Below are positions 10,521 through 23,071 of a stretch of DNA of 37,458 bases, piece after piece. How positions within the stretch are numbered: position 1 is the stretch's first letter; each line of letters starts with the position of its first letter. Where the stretch lies: positions 1 to 37,458 of the forward strand of contig JAUCBJ010004970.1 of assembly GCA_032718475.1 (NCBI GenBank), written 5' to 3'. Both the position numbers and the translations under genes were made by a program. Origin of the DNA: Nemertoderma westbladi (lineage: Eukaryota > Animalia > Xenacoelomorpha). The notes below the pieces were generated by a model. It saw only the letters and a list, made by a program, of their open reading frames with translations. It did no database searches and was not told the origin of the DNA.

Positions 10521-12868
10521 CTTTACTTGCTTGACGAGCTTCGGTTCTAGCCATTTGACGCGTAAAACTTTCTTGGGCCATCGTATTATTTAATATCGAG
10601 TTATCGGTATATAAATTTCTCGGATTATTATCAGGTCTATATGAAATACCATTATCAACAGGTTTATCATTACCCTTAATATGGTACACTATAAGAGTTT
10701 CTACTTCACTAGCAGTATAGATGCGTGTAGGCTCCACACATTGTGCATGAAATACTTCAGACCTAACAGGTTGACACATTGTTACAGGGGGTGGTGGTAT
10801 ACCCCTTTGTAGATTTACTAACTTATCGCGTTCTAATGCGATACTCTGATGCACTTCCTGCAATTCTAACCTACTCTCTCTTACTGTTCCCCTTAACTGT
10901 TGAACAGTTCCCTCCAACTCTCGGACCTGCTGGGAGGAGCGTGCCTGATTCTCCTCCATCTGCCCGAGGAGAATATCCATCCCCCGCCATCGCTCATCCA
11001 CCCACTCTACCGCCGAAGCGGGAGCCGCCAACATAGTAGCGGGTAGACGAGGGACGACGGGTGACAAATTATTAATGTCTCGCTCGGCGTCCAGAACCGG
11101 AGTTGACTGAGGAACTGTCCCACTGGATACAGGTAGTTTAGTACTGTGCAAAGGGAATTTAGAGTTAGGTTCTTGAAGTACAGTGGTCTCTATCACAGAG
11201 GGAGTGGCTTTGAGAATAGGCCTAATTATTTCAGGCTCATCCACTATAGTAGGGAGTCTTTCTACTCTAATACTTTGGTCAGTGGGTTCTGTACTACCTA
11301 AGTCTGCTCTAGCTAGTTGCCTTCTCACAGCTGGGGGCAAATTAGGCAATTTCTGATGGTGAGGCATTCTTCTACGTCTGTTGGAACGAGATCTATTTCC
11401 TCCGCCTTCAGGATCGGTGGTATCGCCTTCATCAGATGATGTAAATCCATGTCTCTTGGGAGTAGATCGACTTATCATCTGCATCTGACTAGCTGTTATC
11501 TGTTTATTTAGTTATTTTTATTTAATTTACTAGTTGGGCTGTCTCTTCAGATGCCTTCCGTTTTGTTTCCGCCACTGCCAATGCTGCCTTTCTTTCAACT
11601 TCTGCAGCTGCTACTTTTCTTTCCGCTTCTGCCGCTGCCGCTGCCGCTGCCGCTTTTCTTTCAGCCTCTACCACTGCCGCTGCCGCTTCCTGTCTGTCTT
11701 CTATCTGTTTCTTCTTTACTTGTTCTTCTTGGAATCTAGCGATGCGGATTCTTTCATCAAATTTAGCTTGGTTTGCAGCTAACATTTCCGCGTCTATTGC
11801 ATCCAACACAAACTTGGCTCCTTCACTATTAGGGCGAAGTCCAGCCAGCCGTCTCCTCAACTCTTCGTAACCTGAAAATCGTTGATAGTCCGACAGATAG
11901 ATGTCAATAGCGTCCTTCTTCTGAGGTTTCTCTAATGTAACCTCGCTTTCCACTTGAGAAAAGGCAGCGTCTGTTAATTCTCCGTGGGTCGAGCACTCAG
12001 TCAGCTGAATTTTCCATTGGGTCGTTCCTTGAACCTTGAGACTCACCCGTTGGAACCAAGTCTTGACAGCAACTTGCAACGACGTGTCTTGGGTTCTCTT
12101 CGAAGCTTCCTCAAAGGTTGATAGGAGTAGTCTGATTCTTAGGATTCTTACTCGAACTTGATAAAGCAGCTCTCCCTGCTCTTGAGGTCCTTGGTGTTGT
12201 TGAAACAGTTGTTCTTCTAATCGCTCCAAAGAGCTGAAGAATCCCTGTACATATACTGCTGCCAACCTCTTCCACACAGCTGGATCACTAGTGTCCTTTA
12301 TCACTCCCATCCTGTATAAGTCCTCCCAGGCAGCTTCCGATAAGTTAAACGGGAGTCCGGGTCCAGGGAAGTTCCATTGCGTCTCGACAATAGACTTCAG
12401 CTCCTCCCTTGTGTATCCCGCATAACTGTCCTTGATCGATCGCTTACTTCTCGCCTAATTGATTTGGTGTTCCTCCACCGCAATCAATACCCTATTGAGT
12501 ACGGCTGCAGGAAGAATGAGAAGGGGATCAGAATAAATCACATCTGCCATCTTTGCTCCGCGCTCGGGTGTCAACTCTACAGTATCTGAACTACTGGAGC
12601 TATCGGGCTGCTGAGAAATAAGTTCTCGGCTCGGGTGTTGCTGTTGTTTAACAGCTGCCTCTTGGTCCCGCTTGACTTGAGCCCGAGTGCCTATGATAGA
12701 CCTACGGTACTTTACTAGCCTAGGGTCTGATACTACTACTGGAGGGATGACCTTTCTTACAGTAGGAGGGGAGTTGAACTTCGGTCTCAAACGTTCGGCA
12801 CTCCTATCTGGATCACAGATGGTTGTATCTAGGAGACTGTCTGACAGGTTTTGCTTTGTGTCAGACAT
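10489..12868 (-). pseudogene. Long N-terminal gag extension (~780 codons) with Ala/Glu/Lys coiled-coil
   Basis: ORFs 12455-12868 and 11522-12310 share a frame with one stop between them. ORF 10489-11484 follows a short AT-rich GT-AG segment and joins the gag core through a one-base shift near 10520. Confidence 0.75.
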
Positions 12869-12977
12869 GTTTGTTTGTGCAGTTGAATGCCTACTGCTAT
12901 AACTACAGTTAAAGCAAGTCTAGTAATTCAGTATCAACTGTTAGCCTAGTAATTAATTACCAATATCGTTACTCTAT

Positions 12978-13262
12978 GTAACGTGATATATATACAATAT
13001 ATTAGAATACCGGTATACACTTATAGTATATATAAGTATTATTACGGATCGAATATTAGGGTTCGTCACAGAACACTGGTATATAATTTCAGCGCAAATA
13101 TATAGATATATAATAAGCCTAACGTGAATACCGGTATACAGCTTACACTTATAGTATATATAAGTATAATTATAGACTAGAATTAATTACAGAATACCGG
13201 TATATAATTTCAGCTTAAATTTATAGAAATAAATATAATAAGCCTATCGTAAATACCGGTAC
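12978..13262. repeat. ~125-bp imperfect tandem duplication rich in TACCGGTA in the BEL 5' leader
   Basis: CACTTATAGTATATATAAGTAT..GGTATATAATTTCAGC..ATAATAAGCCTA occurs twice. Confidence 0.8.
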
Positions 13263-14801
13263 GTCAATTATTTTAGAATAATTGAATTTCTGAATTTAGG
13301 GTTACTTAGTTACTTTACTTTACTTTATTACCGTTATTTAAGCAGCAGTCCAACTGATATTAAGACCTAATTGATGGAGGACAGGCCTACTATTTTATAA
13401 ATCGGTATGAGTTGATTTATAATATATATATACCCGCTTAATAGGTTTTGTCAATATTTGAAATAAATTTTATTATTTCTGGTAAGGAGTCACTACACAG
13501 AAGCTGTACGCTCTCAGTGAAGTGCTACTTGTTGGACACTAAAACAAATAATTTGACTTGCCTAAGTTACTTATTACTACAAATTACGTACAATTACGGG
13601 GTGAGATTACAATCTCTAAATAAACACAAAATTTACACGTACAAATTTTAGGGTAATTTTACAGGAAATCTACAAACCAGCCTAACAAGGAGTTAGAATA
13701 TCTGATTATTACAAACGGACAGGATACTACGGTATTTGAAAATAATAAAGCAGTAGTAAATATATTGCGTTGTCCAGATAAGAAAATACCACCGTCTGAC
13801 GACTTATAGTCTCTAGCTTTACAGCTCTATAAGTACTACGTTATGTACCCGGAATGTCCCTACCTAGAAGTTAATTACCGCAGCCTACCATAGCTAACGT
13901 GCCTATTAACCACTTTACAACACAAATATACTGCCTACACACTAATTACCTTCGGAAAGCACTGTACACTAAACCCTAAATTAGGTACAAGTACTTATAC
14001 AACAAATAACCAGCAGTTAAAAATACTTGTACAGCTAAAAGAACCACGGTATCTGCTGGAGTGACTAGAGCATAAAATCACCAGTCTTTACCTACGCCAA
14101 ACAGCCCTGATGTAGTACCGGGGTTAATTTAACTATAACGGTATGTATAACAAGCACAATTACTGTAGGAATAAACTTGGGGTTGTGAATGTTGCGAATA
14201 ATCACATATACTCTGAATAATAAATATTACGCTACCTGTACATACTACACAAACAAAATACAGACCAAACGCTGGCAGACTACTATCAAGCCTAAATAAA
14301 CTACAGTATATGCAGACTCCGAAATGGTTAGTTAGTATGCATTCTAACCGAGTAGTACGACTTATTCTTTCGGGGGGGGGGGGGGGAGGGGGGGGATTTA
14401 CCTTACAGCACTGGATGCCCCCACGTTCCTAACTAGTACTTTATCGGACATACACTCTACACACACTGCAATCTCTTCAGACTTAACAACAGCCAGACAA
14501 CAATCCAGCCTACAAATTATTTATACAATCTGAGCAGGCTTACACGCCTTCTGCTCAATATTAACTTACAGATAAATAAAACTGACAGAAATAAGTAAAA
14601 TCCCAATAAAAAACCAGGGCTGCAGTCCCTGATTAAATATCAAGACCTACCGGTATATAATTATCAAATTGAATAATACTGATGTACCTATACTGCTGTA
14701 AGTACCGGTTCGGGTGGTTAGGTAGTTAGGCCTACTGGTTACCGGTCGACCGGTACTTTTCGACTTTATTGCCTACGTTGCAATAAAGAAACTAATATAA
14801 C

Positions 14802-16015
14802 TGTTATTGTTTGCGCTTTTAGACCTTTAGCAGTTTAACCCGCTAATTTTAGGTGTCTTCTAGTTTATAAATCGACTTTAGCCTATAACAAGTATTTGTT
14901 GCATATAAGATATAAAGTTACACTAGCCGAAGCCAGCCTATGCGCGACCATTCACCCACAGTTAAGGGAGACTGGATTCGGAGGCTCTGACCTTATTGCG
15001 GTGTAGACTTACTGTACTATTCGATTGATCGTAAATATATAATCTCTGACAAATATTATTTACTTTCGGGAAATATTAACAGTTCCTTTAGGATGTGGCG
15101 CTTTAAGTATGTAAACAGAGTTATGACTTACACTAAACACAACGAGATGGCTAATGATTTTCGTATAAAGTGCATTCTTTGGGAAATGCTTTGTTATCTG
15201 TCACACTCATGCACACTACCGCACACTGCTGCACACTGATCTGCCGACCTTCACTAAATTTGATCATATATAAGGAGAACAGCAACTGACACATGTAGGG
15301 ATTATGAAATAGCATTCAATTCACTCCAAAACCACTATAATGTAAGTCGCAATTGCTACAGGTAACCGGTCTCTCTAACCTTCAGTATATCAAGAAGATT
15401 GGGGTTTTATGATTATTTATCGATATTCTCCAAATATATCAACATATCCATCAACTTCTAACAATTAATAACCGACAGTAAATAGCAGTAAAATAATGCG
15501 GTGAAAGGTAAGTTGAGTCTGATTTGCTATGAATCTGCTGTGCTGAGCCGTGTCAGGCAGGATTCAATAACAGTTATACGTTCCTATAATCAAAGCCGTC
15601 GAATGTTTGGCTAAAGTCTGAAACTAAGAATAATTCCAAAGCCGATGTTCTGGGCTCAGGAAAAAGGTAAACAAAGACCGACATGCATTGCGCGATTTCC
15701 TGTAGGCTTCTGTACAAATAAAATGAAAATCGCTCTGATTGGTCGAGTGAGCTGAACAAAGAGAGTTAAAAAGCTCCACATCGACATCAAAATCAGCTGA
15801 TAGATTTCGTCATCTAATCCACACTGTATTAAGAGTATTTTGGCGTATTGCGGCATAAAATGGCTTGTTATGTCCGCTAAAGTACACATACAGAAAAATG
15901 GCTTTTTATGTCCACTAAAACACCTATACAGTAAGAAAAACGGCTTTTTATGTCCGCTAAAACACCTACAGAGTACAGGGGAAAATGACTAGTTATATCC
16001 GCAAAAGCCTTTACA
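14802..16015 (-). repeat. 5' LTR of BEL copy 1 (~1214 bp)
   Basis: TGT...ACA ends; collinear similarity with 33863-35126; about four ~40-bp repeats (TTATGTCCGCTAAAA) at the U3 end. Inner boundary could be 14808. Confidence 0.85.
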
Positions 16016-17538
16016 GAAAGCCCGAGGCCTTCGGCCACGGACTTTCTAGTTAGACTGCAAGCTGGCACAAAGTGAGAAATTAAGTGTTATCAATGGATTA
16101 AAAGTCATATGAACTGAACTGCCTTTGGAAATTTCTGCTTAATGAGTTTCCCCAGTGACAATAATAATAAGATATTATAATTCTTTATAATAACCAAATT
16201 TAATTGATTACCAAATCATTCTGAACAAAATAATTAATTTCAACCAATAAAAGTTGTAAACTACACAATTATGCAATGGAATATCAAATAAGACAATTGA
16301 TTCCAGATGAGATCCGGCCAAAAAATCGACGTGGCTCAAATTTTTCAATTAAGATTCTTCCATTCCGAGCTCGGATTACACGCGACCGACCCCCTTGTAG
16401 ATAATTTATCTGGGCTCGGACTTACGAATCAATCTCCAGTGTCGCCAGTTAGAGAATTTATAGTCATAATTCATGAAACATATCAATTACAATCGGGTGA
16501 CTCCATTGGCTGTTTCTTTCTACTACTACTACTAGGATCGGCATGCTGCATTGCAGCTGCATTTTTAAGAATGCTGTGCCGGCTTGTCAACAAAATTGCA
16601 CTGCCACAACTCCCTATCACCCATGACATTTGCTAGATCATCCGCATCTTCAAGGCCAGTGTCCTTTAAGATGCGTCTCAAGAAAGTCATGGGCTGTCCA
16701 CCATGCTTATTCACTCCATGAGGCTGTCAAAGTACAGTACAAGATTATGCACTTCATCCAACTGATCCCATCCAACTGACCACTATGATCATCCATTTCA
16801 GGGGGAAATCTCATCCGTTGGTCGTTAGTCGGATGCTGGGGATTAGACCCTTGTCCCGCCGCGGCCGCATTTCCTGCAGAATATTGCTATTATCGGTGCT
16901 TTTCATTTACTTGGTACCTTTTGGTTGCAGCTCAATTCTTTAATAGAATATAGAGTAAGTGTTACAAAATATATTGAAATGAGTATTTTACTATATTGCC
17001 TCCATATTGTTACTGCAATTAAAATTACTGTACTGTTCAACTCCTGATGCTGACTTACTCAATGTTAAATAATTTAGTGTTCTCGAATAATTAATATGTA
17101 ACTAAAGAACCGCTTAACAACTTAAACTAATATTGGATATTGAGTTCCGTTTTGGAGATCGATTGCAGACACTAAAGTTGCAATAACTTTTGAGTGTATG
17201 AATGGATTTTGCCCAAATTAAGTAGTATCACACTGCTGACTGCTTGCAGCCAGTTCTGCAGTTGTCAGGAAACCAGCTGGAATAATGGTTTGACATTTTG
17301 AGGGTAGCAGCTAACACTGATTTGCGGGATAAAACGGCGTTAAAACGAAAATAACGCCTGTAAATTTCTAGAAAATGTCGCGTTGCAACTTCCGAAGTCG
17401 GGCCGGTTCCGAAACTGTCACAATCGCGATAAATGGTAGAGATGAGGCGAAACGTATAAGCGAACAGACAGACACACCCAAGATTTTTATATAGATAGAC
17501 TAGAAAGCCTGTGGCCCTTCGGGCCACAGCTTTCTAGT
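16016..17538 (-). mobile_element. Non-autonomous Helitron-like element
   Basis: Minus-strand 5' end TCTATCTATATAAAAAT..GTGTGTCTGTCTGT at 17499; GC hairpin plus CTAG motifs at 16016-16050 and 17499-17538. Continuity of the interior is assumed. Confidence 0.55.
16520..16760 (-). mobile_element. 3' fragment of an RTE-like LINE with (TAG)n tail
   Basis: Manual translation VL*QPHGVNKHGGQPMTFLRRILKDTGLEDADDLANVMGDRELWQ resembles the C-terminus of the LINE at 21371-22570; (CTA)n on plus at 16520-16534. Confidence 0.75.
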
Positions 17539-17687
17539 GCACATGCAGATTATATATGAATATGTGTGGGAGATTTGAGAACTGCATACGGAACAGACAC
17601 CACCATTAAATAAAACACCACCCCCATAAGAGATAACGGTCAATTTTCAACTTTAGGCAGATTGTATATAACAAAATTTCCAGAAAA

Positions 17688-18917
17688 TGATCACTTTCAG
17701 ATCCACCCTCTACCTGCGGACTGGTGAAATGCAGACGGCGCTGCAGTTTGGTAAAGATGGGGTTTATGGTGAAGTAAAATGCCTGCCTTTCAAGTTTCAG
17801 CTTAAACAGATTGTAAATAACAAAATTGGTGTAGATGTTCACATTCAAACATTTCACCATCTAGTGGTAGACTGAAGAACTGTAGACGACTCTGAGACTC
17901 AGTAAAGATACAGAATTTGCTGTAGTAGATTCCTGCCAAGTTCCAGCTCAATAGGATTAAAAAGAACCAAATGGGATGAGGTGTTCACTATCAGATATTT
18001 CGCCCTCTAGCGTCAGATGGGGGGACTGTATACAACTCTGCGACTCCGTAAAGGTACAGCCTATGTTGTAGTAGATGCCTACCAAGTTTCAGTCTAAACC
18101 GTTAGTAAATAACAAAGTTGGAGAAAATGTTAACTTTCAGACATTTCACCCTCTAGCGGTAGACTGGGGAAGTGTATAGGACTCTGCAACTCCGTAAAGA
18201 TATAGCCTATGATGTAGTAGATACCTGCCAAGTTTCAGCTCAAAATGATTAAAAAGAACCAAATGGGATGAGGTTTTCACTATCAGACAATTCCCTCTCT
18301 AGCGGCTGACTGTGGAACTGTAGACGACTCTACTACTCCGCAAAGATATAGCCTATGCTATAGTAGATGCCTACCACGTTTCAGTCTAAAAGGATTGTAA
18401 ATAACAAAGTTGGAGGAGATGTTAACTTTCATACATGTCGCCCTCTAGCGGCAGACGTGGGTACTGTAGACAACACTGCGCGACTCAGTAAAGATATAGC
18501 CTATGCTGTAGTAGATGCCTACCAAGTTCAGTCTAAACGGATTATAAATAACAAAGTTGGAGAAGATGTTAACTTTCAGACATTTCGCCCTCTAGCGGTA
18601 GACTGGGGAATTGTAGATGACTATGCGACTCCGTAAAGATACAGCCTATGCTGTAGTTGATACCTACCAAGTTCAGTCTAAACGGATTGTAAATGACAAA
18701 GTTTGAGAAGATGTTAACTCTCAGACATTTAGCCCTCTAACGGTAGACTGGGGAACTGTAGACAACTCAGTGACTCCGGAAATATACAGCCTATGCTGCA
18801 GTATATAGCTACCAAGTTTTAGCTCAAAAGCATTAAAAACAACCCAATGAGATCAGGTTTTTACTATCGGACAATTCGCCCTCTAGCGGCAGACAGGGGA
18901 AGTTCAGACGGTTCTGA
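17688..18917. repeat. ~146-bp satellite, ~8.5 units, two unit variants
   Basis: CCCTCTAGCGG-like anchor recurs at ~17858, 18003, 18149, 18293, 18441, 18588, 18733, 18879. Confidence 0.92.
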
Positions 18918-19540
18918 GTATTACGTTGCAACGAGTTAGGGCGAGACCTATCTAACGAGCTATAGTAAGCGAGATTTCATCGAGATTAGATGTATAATAT
19001 TGGATAAAATAATAATACAGTAAGTTATAATTATTTTACTTTTAATATTCATAACAGTAAAACAAAAATGTTATAAACCTCTCCTTCCATGCAGCCAATG
19101 ATTGAGAAAGCAGAATTACTCTTGAGCAATTCGCAACAGACAACCCAAACCCACCCCAATCAACACTCCAGCCTGGCTTGCTCCTTATCTGTGCCCAGCT
19201 AGCTGCGATTTCGATAATTACCTTAACGTTGCTATGATACAGAAAAAAATCCTTTCCTATTCATTAACAATAGGCCAATTCGATCGTGCTTGGCGAATAT
19301 GATATATTTATACACTATTTGATTTTTAATCAATAAATAATCATACATATTTATATTAAACACTCGAATAAACTAAATTCTTTGTGAGAATGGGACACGG
19401 CGAATCTACCCATGTTAATTTTATACCAGGTGGAATAAATGTTACCCCTCTAAATCATTAATTACCGATAAAAGAACAGAAATCGCTATTTACTAATAGC
19501 ACTATTAGTGCTAATAGCCCTTTTAATCCTAATGGATCAA

Positions 19541-19844
19541 TTCCACTAATAGCGCTTTTCCACTAATAGCGCTTTTCCACTAATAGCGCTTCTCCACTAA
19601 TAGCGCTTTTCCACTAATAGCGCTTCTCCACTAATAGCGCTTTTCCACTAATAGCGCTTTTCCACTAATAGCGCTTATCCACTAATAGCGCTTTTCCACT
19701 AATAGCGCTTTTCCACTAATAGCGCTTTTCCACTAATAGCGCTTTTCCACTAATAGCGCTTTTCCACTAATAGCGCTTTTCCACTAATAGCGCTTTTCCA
19801 CTATTAGTGCTTTTCCACTAATAGCGCTTTTCCACTAATAGCGC
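19541..19844. repeat. 17-bp minisatellite (CCACTAATAGCGCTTTT), ~18 copies
   Basis: Direct tandem units. Confidence 0.97.
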
Positions 19845-20176
19845 GTCCAGCAACCCACCAGGATTATACGGATATAATACTGGTTTGTTGCCCCGGCAAT
19901 GTGTAAACAAAAAGCGAGAATTAATGATAAACAAAATTATATTTTTTACAGATGATATCTATATGTTTTATATATTGTTATAGTTTTCTTGGCTATTTAC
20001 CTTTATTAACCTCCCCCCTCCTCACTTTCACATATATGTGTTTGCTTGAAATTGTTAAAAAATGTTTTTACCATCTAATCATTTCATCATTTAATCCATA
20101 CAATAATATATATATTATTGTGCTTGATCGCTGACCTATATTATTTAATTACATATTATTTAAATAATGTGTTTAG

Positions 20177-20322
20177 GGAACTTCGTTCATATCCGATAAT
20201 ACCACCAGTGGATTATGTGTTGGAAGTTAAAATAACTATAGAGTCTGTATATTCGTCGTTAGTAGATCATTATTTTGGAGCTGGAGCGCAATTGATTGCA
20301 TTCTACGGTTACGGTATTTCAG
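20177..20322 (+). CDS. Host exon, probable C-terminal part of a galactose-binding/discoidin-like domain
   Basis: TTTAG acceptor and G|GTAGG donor; open frame ELRSYPIIPPVDYVLEVKITIESVYSSLVDHYFGAGAQLIAFYGYGIS; phase-1 end fits the EGF exon. Confidence 0.65.
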
Positions 20323-21370
20323 GTAGGATATGCTATTTAACAGTTTAAAAATTGGTCATTATATATTGTTATACACTTACGTAAATATTACAGTATAATG
20401 ACATAATCAACGATCAATATACCCAACTACTATTTTACTATTTTTTTTGCCAAGCTTACTGTGTATGTTATTTACACTCTCAAAAGACTGTGAACCTGCA
20501 TTGCTTTAGACCTAATTAAATATGTATATTATATACAGTATATAGCCCTAAAACTATGGAGGGCATATCAGGCCAGGAATACTGTGTGATTGATCCAGAG
20601 AACCGGCTCCTTGCACCATTATAGTGTAGGAGATCCCTTCTTTGTGTTGAAAATGAATTGCCTACCTAATGAATATGGGAAACATAGTACAGAATTGCAT
20701 GACTCTGAATTTCATTCTGATCTGCTTTACTAGACTGCATTTCCCAACACGGTTAAAAATCTAATTTGCCTATAATATTTATTGATGTCATTCAGTCTCT
20801 TATTCACTATTTCGCGGTGGTGCGTTTTTCACTTTTTGTCGCTTTCATTGTTCTACTTGTGCGCAAAAGGGTAAAAAATGTTAAAAATGGAAAAAAATTA
20901 AGGCAAAAAATGCATCTAAATTTCATCGATTTCTTGACGGATCCCAAAGGGGTTGAAATTTTGACCCTTTGCGATGCACCACAATGAAATTTATAACAAT
21001 ATAACACATTGATGAAAGATCAATGACTCAAGAAAGAAATTCCTGCATGAATCAAATGGTTTCAAACTTAGTTAGATACTAACATTTTGATTTTGGGATC
21101 AATGTAAGTGGCACATGGCCAGAACATACCCTTTGGTGCAAGTGACTCTGATTCTCAATTTTCGCGATGGACAACTTTTATTTCTTCTGCTGCATTAATA
21201 TTATGCTCATTAAAACTGCAATGACCGATTTAGTGGGGTAGACACCATCAAAACAAGCGTAGAGCGAATAGTTCTTGAGATATTGCAGAAACTGTGAAGT
21301 CCGGCACAAGTCAACAGTAGTGTCAACATAATTTTTAGATAAATACACTAAAATGATACTTCTAATTATC

Positions 21371-22570
21371 TTACTACTACTAATACTAGGTCGAGCGAAC
21401 TCGGACAGTGGAAATGAGATCCTTCCAGGCTTCCCGATTCTCCATAGTTGTCGCAATTTCGTTTCTCCCAAGTTCAGTATCCCTTTCAAGTTTATCTATG
21501 TATGTTATGGCCGGTCATCCACGACTACGCTATCAATGAGTTGGTTGCCAGAAAAGTAGATCTGGTATGACCTCGTCTTTACTTCGGCAGCAGTGCCCAC
21601 TGAATCTTAATCTGCATTCACGGAGGGTGGTTGATACTGGTGGTATTTTACCATAAAGCTCGGCGTTTTGTCATGTGCTGTCTCCAGCTGATGTTTAGGG
21701 CTGCCCTAAGTAGTCTTGTGTAGCAACTATCAATTCGTTGTTCAAGTGATTTAGTCAGTGTCCAGAGGCCTCACCTCCGTATAAAAATACACTTTCCACT
21801 GCGGCTCGAAAGTACTTAGTCTTCAGGTGTCTGGAGAGATCTGATATCCAGATAGTATCCATTTTTGATGGAGCTACCCAAGCTTTTGCTTTCCTAACTT
21901 CTATGTCCTTTTTGCTACTCTCTATCCATGATCCAAGGTACTGGAAGTCGTCGACCTTCCTTAATGGATTATTATCAATGTTTGTCAAGTTTCCATCAAC
22001 ATTAAAGGTCACGAATTCGGTCTTGGTAGCATTTATATGCAATACAACCTCCTTAGCAGTCCTCACCACATTATTTAGTAGAAGCTGTGCATCTGCTAAC
22101 CTATTAGTGAGCAGGGCGATGTCATTCGCTAAGTCGGTGTCTGTGACTGTAGTTGCCGGATATCTACTACTTTTGTGTTCTTGAAGTGTGAATCCCAGAT
22201 CTTCACCCTTTGTGGCCGTCCTCATTGCGTAATCCAGCACAATTACAAATAGTAATGGTGCTAATGTGTCACCTTGCAGTACGCCAGCCAAGATTGAGAA
22301 AAACTCAGTTTCACCATCAGGTGAGAGTACCTGCGCTTCTGTGTCACAATATAACAATCCAATGCCAGCAACAATTAATTCTGGTATTCCATAAGCTCTT
22401 AGGATTTCAAGCATTTTACATCTATGGATGGAGTCGAATGCCTTCTTGAAGTCCACAAAAGTCATGACTGCGGGGAGATTCTTTGACTTAATTCCTTCAA
22501 TCAGTCTCCGTAGTGCAAGTATCTGAGCTATTGTTGATCTACTTGGTCGAAATCCGTTTTGGCTTGACAA
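21371..22570 (-). mobile_element. 5'-truncated RTE-like non-LTR retrotransposon (RT pseudogene)
   Basis: QNGFR..RST, FVDFKKAFDS, GVLQGDTLAPLLF, degenerate LANDI (expected FADD), YLGS; continues with frameshifts to FSGHC..WQP and a (TAG)n tail. Confidence 0.92.
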
Positions 22571-23071
22571 TTTTAAAAGCCTTAACAAAAAGCCTTGACA
22601 ATCCCTGTGGTTTTTATTGGGTATTTGGCTTGCTGTGAGTTAATTAACTCATTTACTAGCCTGATGTTTCTTCTGGCCATATTGGTTGATTGGTTGAGGA
22701 AGTGATTCCATCCCACTTTGTAATGGAAGTGCATAACGGATCATATCTACTAACATATATGTATATATTATGGAATTATGTATTATGTGACACATAATAG
22801 GGAGTTAAGGGAGTACGGACATTAATATCTTACCTGACTGTAAATATGGACTGTAATATTTAAAAAAACAGACATTTATTAGTGTTTATCAAAATGTAGT
22901 CTGTCTATCATTCAGGAAAAACATTTTTTGTTAATATAATGTCAATTTGATTGAAGTGAAAATTGACAGTGTGAAATGTTCATATCCCCAAAGTATACAT
23001 GATGAGAAAGCTATTATTACTATATTTAGTTACTTCCCTATATAAAATTAATATACTATTTTATTCTTCAG

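Larger units (their letters stand above)
1356..16015 (-). mobile_element. BEL/Pao LTR retrotransposon copy 1 (degraded, at least 14.7 kb)
   Basis: Domain order gag-PR-RT-RNaseH-IN, three BEL-type Cys motifs in gag, direct terminal repeat (1356-1457 matches ~15917-16015), sense TGTAA start, PPT next to the 3' LTR. Confidence 0.95.

Noticed and set aside
5535-12902. Plus-strand ORFs overlapping gag-pol
   Set aside because: Antisense shadows of the coding strand, with no motifs.
14925-14950. TGGTCGCGCATAGG (minus) as a tRNA PBS
   Set aside because: It lies inside the LTR (also present in the 3' LTR of copy 2) and matches no tRNA 3' end I recognise.
20740-21175. Possible MITE
   Set aside because: Transposon-like texture, but no TIR pair or TSD could be identified.
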